From NCBI RefSeq assembly GCF_006345805.1, contig NC_043014.1, positions 28,768,001-28,832,000 on the forward strand: a stretch of DNA of 64,000 nt, read 5' to 3'. Each line of letters starts with the position of its first letter. The first letter of the stretch is position 1. Below are positions 54,971 through 64,000 of this stretch, piece by piece. The translations under genes were made by a program, and so were the position numbers. Source of the DNA: Octopus sinensis. Lineage: Eukaryota. The notes beneath the pieces are model-generated. The model ran no database searches and was not told the origin of the DNA. It was given only the letters and a program-made list of their open reading frames with translations.

Positions 54971-55480
54971 TTACATTAGCGATAGACAGAGATCTGGTGC
55001 ATTACGTCATTATAATTTGTGTTTATAGAAAAATTTACAGAATATTCTCAATACATAAGGATTTAGTTCACCTCTATTAATCAATTAATGAGTATTATTA
55101 ATTATTGTTTAAGGTTTATATTAACGTAATATAATAGGCCGAATATAGCGTGTAATACAAGAGAAATATACTATATTATTCAGAAATAATATATAAATAC
55201 AGAAATAGGGTATTATATTAGCTTTAGATAGAAATCTAGAGCTTTACGTCATCAGAATTAGTGTTTATAGAAGTAGTTACTAAACATATTCGATGCATAA
55301 CGTTTAATTTAATCTCTATAAATTAATAATTATTATTAATTAGTATTTAAAACTTTTTTATTAGAATTTTGATTATTAATGTAAGGTAAAAAAGTTGAAT
55401 ATAATATGTATTATAAGGGATATAATCGAAAATATTCAGTTAGGTATAAATATAGAATGAGCGAATTACATTAACAGATT
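54971..55480. repeat. diverged tandem repeat, ~245-bp unit, ~2.1 copies
   Basis: Units start at 54971, 55213 and 55466 with TTA(C/T)ATTA; colinear anchors TTACGTCAT, GTGTTTATAGAA, CTCTAT, TATTATTAATTA, GAATATA, TATAAATA. Confidence 0.7.
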
Positions 55481-56806
55481 TTATGGTCAAATGGATTAAG
55501 GAAATTCTTCTAATAAATGGGTGCATACTGATTTCAATCTAAAATATCTCACAAATATTGGAAGATATTATATGAATATTATGAGCTTACTCAGGTGGAA
55601 TTTAAAATCGTAAGGTAAACTCAGAAGTATTGCCGCTCAGCGTTTTGTCTAATGGACTAAAGATACCACCGCCTCGTCACTTTTGTATAAAGGCATATAC
55701 CTGCCGTTCGTAGGACGTGTTTGCTTACAATATTATTGATAACAAAAAGCAATAGTGTGTTATAATGATAACTTAGCTATTCGATAAAACAGAGTTCGAT
55801 AAATAGAAGAAATACTGCGATTCATAAGATTATCTCAAGTAAAAAGTGAAGATGATGTCCTTAACACGGTTATGGTTCAATAACTAAAACGAGTAAAATA
55901 ATGAAAGGATAATAGAATAATAGATATTAAGATCTAATGTACTCGTAAGGTCCCAGGTATCTATGGCGTAGTAGTCAAAGACCTGTAGACAACGATAGAT
56001 ATCTACACGAATAGCTTTGTTGTGGAGATACATATAATATACTCTAGTAGATAGTAACATGTATAATATAGTAATTAATGCCACATCGTTGTCAAGTAGA
56101 ATAAAGTGCCAATGGTGTGGATTTTTTTAAGCTGGGCCTCAGTTTGCCAGGAATTTACTCACAAGCTTGATTTCATGACTTTCTGCGGAAGAATCAGACA
56201 TGAAGGATACAGTTATGAAACTGCAGCGAGCTGCCGCTAACCTGGTTATAATTTTGAGTGGCGCCTTCTGTAGCATGTCCGTCATGCGTAGCCGTCTTCA
56301 TCCAAAGGCCCCAACAATAGAACAAGCGGCTGAATAATATCATATAGTATAAAATGATACCAGCATGTGCAGTAAGTTACTAAATGCATAGTTAATAGCT
56401 GTTAATAACATGAGTTGTATGGTTGCTTTTGGCAAGTAAAATACTGTGATAGTTAATCACATACAAAGTGATGTGACTGGAATTAATGTGCGTTATTTGT
56501 GTTTTAAGGTATTGATGTTAAGACCTGTCTGCTTTTTATAGTTGTCAACTCTTTGATTTTTCTCTTGTAGGCAACCTCTCTTTGAGAGAAATAAACGCAT
56601 TCGTTGCCCATGGGTTTAGGTGATGAAGCCTTTTACATAATTCAGTCAATGATAACTTGAGGGAGAATGAAAGGAAAACCCTATCGCACGCCGGATTCAA
56701 TGAAAACTATTCTGAAGATATCTTGTTATTAATGATCATGATGAATTTAAAATGGTTATAAAACGGACTAGTTAGAGCGACTATTTTCTCAGATTCTATA
56801 TAATCT

Positions 56807-56865
56807 CAAGATCTTCAATTGGAACCCAATTGAAGATCTTGTTCTAATTGGGTTCCAATTGAAGA
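56807..56865. repeat. nested perfect inverted repeat
   Basis: 16-bp arms 56807-56822 and 56826-56841 with a 3-nt loop; 56846-56865 is the reverse complement of 56812-56831. Confidence 0.95.
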
Positions 56866-57199
56866 ATTGTGTACATTACCAAAAGTATTTTATAAGTGTT
56901 TGAAATCGGTGCAGAGCATATCATGTCACTTAAGTGCGAAGATCTGATCAATTCATATTAGATTTCCAGAGTCTCGATTGTGCTTTCCATATGAGGAATA
57001 AGACTGTCGTACAAAAAGAGGAGAGATAGAAGAGTAGTGTGGCTATGGTTTAATAATCTTACTTAAACTATTGCAATTTCAACCAGGAAATCATGTTTGA
57101 AAATTCTTGTTCTGAAAACCTATCTATGAGCTTTAAATTTCAATAACAGAGCTTGTGTTTTGATAAGCTGGCAAACGGTAAGGAAGATCTCAGTTTAAG

Positions 57200-58760
57200 T
57201 CGTATAAATGTCTTCCTCATAATTCATTGCTACTACTGCTTGAGAAGGATTTATTCGTTCTTATTTTGGGGCGTTAAATTCAGAAAGACAATCCCCTGCA
57301 CCATGATTTGAATGACAAAATATGAAACATCAGGGTTTCCAATGTCATTCATAACCATTCTGACAAAACTAGTAATGTTTATCAGTTTGGAAGGAGTTAT
57401 TACCATTCTTATGTAAGCTATTACTATAAATCGTAATAAATAATATGAGTAAATATAAATAATTCGGTTTTCAACATTTTTTTTTGAACTACAAGACCTA
57501 GGATCGTACTCAAGTATTCAGCCCTATAACTCCGTACCTTACACTGAGGGATAACATAATTGATCTTGATAGTAGATTATCTATTAGCCTGATTAGCTAC
57601 CAAATCGGTGAGGGGTAAACAAAGTATGATATAAGAAGGCTTCTTAGGATAAAACCTCGGAGTAATTCTTTTGAGTAATTGTTTTAAAGTAAGGTATCCC
57701 TTACAAGAGTTTAACCAGATAAATCCAATTCGATATCAATGATCTTTATTCGTCTGTAACATTACCGTCACTACTTAGCACTACTAATTTTGTGAAGGAA
57801 ATTGGAATTTCATATTTGTTCATATTTGGTAAACAGTAAACAAAGAAAAGTAAAAAAAAAACTTTGATGATTTAATTTGGGTAAAATAATCTGTAAGTAT
57901 CAATTCGATGTGGGTATAGAGCAGAGCTCATTGATCTTTATATAGTTCCATCATAGGGCGAAATTCTCTACTGAGGAAAAGAATCAGGATGACTGTTGAC
58001 TTAGAATAACAAAGGCATTGCATTATATAAAAAATTAGGAGGGATTTGATTTCTTTTTTTCAATGGCTATAGTCATTCGATTACTTTTGACACAAATTAT
58101 ATCCAAAGTAAATTTCTTGGCAGTGACCCTTAGTCTACATAATGGCCTAGTTTATACCTCTAGAAAACTTTAAAATACTCTGAATTATAACAATAACTTT
58201 CTACCTTTCTTTTCAATAATATGAAATATCTTAGAATTTATTTCATTGAGATTATTTTTTTGTCTGCTAGGCCTTTATGTTCAGAATGATTCAAATTGCC
58301 ACAATGTGACTTTGGTACGAAGTGCATTTAAGGATATGATGCATTTTATATATAAAAAGAAAACGAGTGTATATTAGGAACCATAGACCTACTTAGACTA
58401 GTTGCAGCCTACATTTAATAGCTACTCAAGCAAGACCTACCTTTAAAACATAGATATTATAAGATATTTCACGGCCATATTGTTATCTTATTCTGCCACA
58501 TTCAAGCTTGCACAAAACATGATATCTTCAAATGTCTCTAAATATATGAATCATTATGCTAAAGTTAATTGTTTGTAACAATACCAATAATGGAAACTAA
58601 AATTACATTAATAAGAACAATGCTACAATTTTTTGAAAGACTGAATTCATAGAGAACCATGAAATACATGATTTATTTTATAACACTATCTTGTTTGAAA
58701 TATTTTATTCTTTAGATGGTGTAAAATCCAATAAGGGGAGATTGAATCTACAGTTTTAGG
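57200..58760 (+). pseudogene. decayed Penelope-like element (different lineage from the 29.6-kb copy)
   Basis: Ordered remnants QFDINDLYSSVT..LL...NFVK (57726; cf. QFDI..FYPSI), FDV/AELIDLYI and VNFLAVTL; boundaries approximate. Confidence 0.5.
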
Positions 58761-58813
58761 AGAGAACATCTTGAAAGTTATAGTTCTTCTTTTACATCTT
58801 TTCGACATTAAGG

Positions 58814-58849
<36 letters not shown>

Positions 58850-58909
58850 CACTTTAGAAGCAAACAATATTAACTATCGAATGAAATTGAAGATATAACC
58901 TATCTATAA

Positions 58910-59135
58910 TATTGGTTTCAAATGTTGGCACAAGGCCAGTAATTTCAGGGAGGAAGTAAGTTGATTACAACGACCTTTGTGCTCAATTGGTACTTACTTT
59001 ATCGAAACTCCGAAAGAATGGAAGACAAAGTCGAGCTCATCGGAATTTGAACTCAAAACGTAAAGACGGACGAAATACGCCTAAGTACTCCAAGTACCCC
59101 TAATGTACACGGTGTGCTAACGATTCTGCCAGCTT
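58910..59135 (-). mobile_element. SINE family B
   Basis: Reverse of GCTGGCAGAATCGTTAGCAC...GAGTTCAAATTCC...AAATTACTGGCCTTGTGCC. Confidence 0.8.
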
Positions 59136-59839
59136 AACTTACATATGAATACTGAAATCAAAGACATAACTTACCTATAATATTGTTCTGCGACTATGTG
59201 GCTATGTTGATGAAGCTTTAACAAATTAGAAACGTTGTACTGCAGCCTCATTTTCATATCAGAGCAAAGTAAATGTTGCTAAACTTGAGCTATATACCCA
59301 TTGAAGGGAGTATAGTAGCCGCCCCACTGAGGTATATATTCTCAACAACAAATGTCAGTAATGTCCACGCAAACTTAGCTGAATTGCTAAAAAGTTCGCG
59401 TCGCTACTATGTGGGTTTAAGTACATAGAAATCGTGCCTCGAGTGAAATTTAGTAGACAGACGCATGTATATAATCCTTGTGAGCGAGTGTTTGTATTAC
59501 TTTCCGTGTGTATGTGCTTACCTTTATACGTCTTACAACCACGGACGTTGTTGATGTGCTGTAACACAGCAGTTTGCCAAATCCTAATTGATAAATTAAG
59601 TACCAAACTTAAAATTAATTACCAGGGTAAATATGCTCAATGTGCTCATTGAAGGTTGTGTCCCAGCAAGACCGCAATCCAATGAATGTAAAAAGGGAAA
59701 TGAAAATACTAATCTAACTTCAATTCTTCCGTCGTAGTTGCAGTGTTTGGATCCCTTTGGGGAAGAAGCTTTGATCCTATTGCTCAAAAGTCATCAACAG
59801 CAGATATGACGTCATCGTCACAACACTACTGGTTCTCTT

Positions 59840-60800
59840 TCAAGTTTTTTTTTCATGTTGAGGAACAGATGATAGGGACCTTATCAGGTAAATAGGGATG
59901 ATGATCAACCAGCTCCAAACCACAGTCATGCTCAGCTGAAACCAAGCACTTGTGTGCTGGAGTATTGCCTTAATGAAATAATACCTCTTTTATCAGTTTT
60001 CCTGAAGTTTGGTCTTGATAGCTTTTCGCAACTACCTCCGAAAGTATATTACACTCCATTTATGATAGTCAATAAATACAATGCTGTTTGAATCCCTATA
60101 AACTGAGGCCCTCATCTCCTCTGCCTTTGGAGCAGGCGAGGAGGGGTGTTTCCACTGCGTGGATCGTAGCTTTGTCTCTAGCTCAAAGTAATTCATCATG
60201 GTTTAGGAATTCAAGGAAACAATGTCAGAATTTCCCGCGATGGGATCAGCCTGATGCGCTTTTGATCACGTGTCAGAAGATGTAACACCCATCGAGCAAA
60301 TCCTTCGTCATGCCAAATTCATTGCGCAAAATATTCTCAACTCTTTCACGAGATATGCTACTAAAAGCGTTGGGTATTTGATTTATTGTCAATCGCCTGT
60401 CATCCATCACCACTTGGTGAATATGATGAATATTTTCGGTGATGTCAGACGTCCAGACCTTGGGTCATCTTCAAGACTCTCCCTTCCCCTACTGATACAG
60501 CTGCCCAATTTTGCACTGTTGATAAAACTGGAGCGTCATCCACTACTGTAGCAAGCACATCAGCATGAATGCCCTGGCGGGGTTAAACCCTTTCACTGTA
60601 AATACTTGATAATAGCATGATGCTAAATTTTGTCCATTTCAAAGAGAAGTCGCCACCAGTTACATGTGAAATCTTCTTTGAACAATCAAATATTAGCTTA
60701 CCTGGAAAGAGACAAAGCAGGTATTAATAAGGAGGGTTGAAATTAATGCATGGAAGAATTTGCAGCTCTAGCATCACTCTTTGACAGTCAGCCTATCAAC
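59840..60800 (-). mobile_element. mariner relic (irritans/Hsmar2-like)
   Basis: ATG at 60637 (MDKI*HHAIIKYL), SLEDDPRSGRL, VLFH*GNTPAHK...HDCGLELVDHHPYLPD; internally deleted and degenerate. Confidence 0.8.
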
Positions 60801-61495
60801 CTTGTTTCAATGATAGTTATTGTCAGTGATAAGGGAGATAACTCTGTGACTGAAATTGATTTAAAATTAAAGGGAGCGGCTGGGCTAGGAGCTTCATATT
60901 TTTGGTAAAAATGCAATTGTAATTCTACACATGTTTCAAATTTCTTATTCTGTATTACACGCGCGTCAATTTTTAATTATTTAAAATAATGCTTGTACTG
61001 ACAGGAAATCATGTATGATAAAGATTATTCTTGTCAAACATGAAAAAAGCTCCAAAACTTATGGGAGCATGCAGTAGAAGTTATGTGACAATTCGAATAT
61101 GTTTCGCTTTTATTAGACCTCCTCTGCAAAACATGGTCTTAAAAAAAAACCTCGCTAAATCTGAGGATTACTCAGAGAATATATATTCTTTTAGTGAAAA
61201 TCAGCTTATCTGTTTATCTGTCTGTCTGTGTCCATATGCATGAGTCAAGCATAGCATAAACAGATAAACACACATACACACATATATGGGTGTCCAACAA
61301 GCATTTTCACTGCGTGTATTGATTACACACTGCACATAGTGAAGTACATACACAATGCGCAGACATGCATGCATACAGACACAAACATGCACAATCATAC
61401 ATATGTGTATGCTACTCTCTCTCTCTCTCTCTCTTTTTCTATCTATTTTTGTATGTCTGTCTGTCTTTCTCTCTCTTGCTCTTTCAGACATAGAG

Positions 61496-61532
<37 letters not shown>

Positions 61533-62407
61533 TATGCATGTGTACTTTTCCCCTTACAGACAACATGTAAAACTGTAACAGCCGCAACATTTCATAACCG
61601 CACACTTCAACAGACTCTGACGCGTGTTTCCCGCGCCAAAATGTGAGTCATCTCTTCACAGCATGCAACAGCAGAAACGCGGGGCTGTTGGCATTGTCTC
61701 AACGACCGATCGATACACATCCCTGAAACTGCTGTCCATAGACAACCTTTCTCTCTATCCCTGTTTTTCAATCCCTCTCTCTCTCTATATATATATTCAT
61801 CTCCCTCTTTGTCTTTCTCTCTCTCACACAAACATTTACTCTGTCAGTTTCTATAGTTTGGCAGGAGCGCCAACTGTACGAAGACCTTGTTGCTAGGTCG
61901 CTTATGTACTTTTCTATTGAGCACCAGCAACAGGCTGCCTGTATTAGTCAAGTTCAGCCATTTTCTAGTAGTTTACTAAAACTAATTCACATAGCTTACA
62001 CGTCATGAAAACAAAAATAAAATAAAATAAAATAAGTATAAAGTATAAAGGGAAATGCACAAATGCAGAACAGGGCAGACCAGTGCAGTGGTGTGATGTG
62101 GAGTGGTGTGGGTAGGATGGGGGGTGGGAATGAGGAAGGGGAGAAGAGTGGAGTGTAGCAGTGTGCAGTATGGTGCAGAAGAGAGGGGAAACACAGATGT
62201 GTGTATGAAGGAATAGAAAAGGCGGCAGTGGTAGCGAACGTGGTGGTGGAGGTGGTGGTGGGGAGCCTTTGCAAAATTACTGCAGCTATGCATTCTATAC
62301 ACACACTTATACGCAGACGCCTATATATGTGTGCGCGTGTATGTGTGTGTTTATCTGTGTGTGGGGAGGTGTAAGGGTGGGGTGCATGCATATACATACA
62401 TATATAC

Positions 62408-62442
<35 letters not shown>

Positions 62443-62580
62443 ACACGTACTGGCAAACAAGCACGTATACACTCACACACAACCTCACACACGTTTGTGG
62501 AAATAAACACATATGTTCTTACATTTTACCGTTTCCTTTCTTCTATGCACATACTCACACGTACATTCGCGCGCACTTAC

Positions 62581-62599
62581 CCATAAGCGGTTCTGTTGC
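62581..62599 (-). other. candidate 19-nt micro-exon
   Basis: Minus strand TTTGCTTTGTCTTCATTTAG|GCAACAGAACCGCTTATGG|GTAAGT: strong acceptor plus consensus donor. Confidence 0.35.
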
Positions 62600-63339
62600 C
62601 TAAATGAAGACAAAGCAAATTTTACTAAAGGTGAACAGAGGGTTTTGTCGAGTAACTTGATAGCAGTGTATTACTGTTAGGTTTTTGATTTTGGTGAAAT
62701 TAAAGACCAACTCGATGCAACCTTACTTTGAACACACAAGCTTGACTAAACAAACTTGTAAAACACTGGATTCAAATTGATTCTCACAAAAATTTTATGC
62801 ATAATTACATACTGTGTTACATACACATATATATATTGTATATATATATATATATATATATATAAAGACTTATTTAGGTTATCAATATGTATATAGGCTG
62901 AGCATATTCACACATATGCACTTACATGCAGAAAATACAGGTACAAATTTTTTACATATACATATATTACATAACACTCCCTGAATATGCGCAAATATGC
63001 AAGCACAGAAAAATATTCAACGCGTTTTTTTTAACATCTATTGCATAATATTGAAAAATATATGGTTACACATATAAACACGTACATATTCACAAACTCA
63101 TGCAGTAATGAAGACGCTCATGTGTATCTCACCACGATAAAAGTCGTATATGATGTATAAGTGAATAAGGATAATGGTATCGGGACCATATATATACATA
63201 TACGAACATGCTTGATATAGAGAAGACTTGGTGGATATCTTCTCGTGTAGAGACTCATCTATGAGTGAGAAAATAAGGTGAATGTATACGTATATATATA
63301 TATATACACGCATGCTATGAGCGGGTAGATGAGGACAAA

Positions 63340-63392
63340 GTAATGCATATACGAATATATATATATATATATATAGTCTATACATACATACA

Positions 63393-63424
<32 letters not shown>

Positions 63425-63482
63425 CATACATACATACATACATACATACATACATACATACATACATACATACATACATACA

Positions 63483-63518
<36 letters not shown>

Positions 63519-63596
63519 TATGTATATATATATATATAATGATATATTTTTAGACAAGATACTATGGTGAGCTGTATGTGTGCATATACACATACG

Positions 63597-63635
<39 letters not shown>

Positions 63636-63636
63636 A
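63340..63636. repeat. (TA)n/(TACA)n/(CA)n microsatellites
   Basis: Directly visible. Confidence 0.95.
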
Positions 63637-64000
63637 GTTATATAACGACGGGAGATGATGGCCATGCTCGATTAACGTTCGACAAATGGTAACAGTAACT
63701 CTATCAAATGCCGTTCGTCTGTTCTTAGAAAAAAACGGTACAAAGTATTATGCAGTACATAAGCATAGCACAACAAACATACACACCCCACACACACTCA
63801 CACACAAACGCACAACTTCAGATATACACGCACTCACACGTACAGACATATACATATATATATATAGGCGAAAAATAATAAGACGGCGTGCTTAAAGATA
63901 GAATGACCTTGACCAGAAGTCTTCTCAAATAGGTCTGACCGCGGGCTAAATAACAATAACAGCAACAACAACTGCAACACCCTAACGTCTCAAGAAGCAA

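Overview
Repeat-dominated eukaryotic DNA with no prokaryotic features. The AT-rich background, extreme microsatellite load and tRNA-derived SINE set suggest an octopus or other coleoid cephalopod (inference, not verified). No complete host gene is visible, and almost all listed ORFs are microsatellite translations or antisense shadows of transposons. Supported content: one young 5'-truncated CR1-group LINE with an open 555-aa RT ORF (11.85-13.6 kb); about eight R4/Dong-type restriction-like-endonuclease (RLE) retroelement fragments, several inside (TAA)n tracts; a HERO-like fragment; decayed CR1-, RTE- and Penelope-like relics; five Tc1/mariner relics and a Tc1-type MITE; three SINE families with exchangeable 3' tails. 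The most notable signal is a ~0.55-kb non-coding, tRNA-less element (5 copies) with a shared 5' start, always inside (TAA)n with the same polarity as the R4/Dong copies. It is a candidate non-autonomous, microsatellite-targeted retroposon. A few minus-strand splice-signal clusters (3966-4690, 44255-44377, 62581-62599) hint that much of the window may be a large intron.
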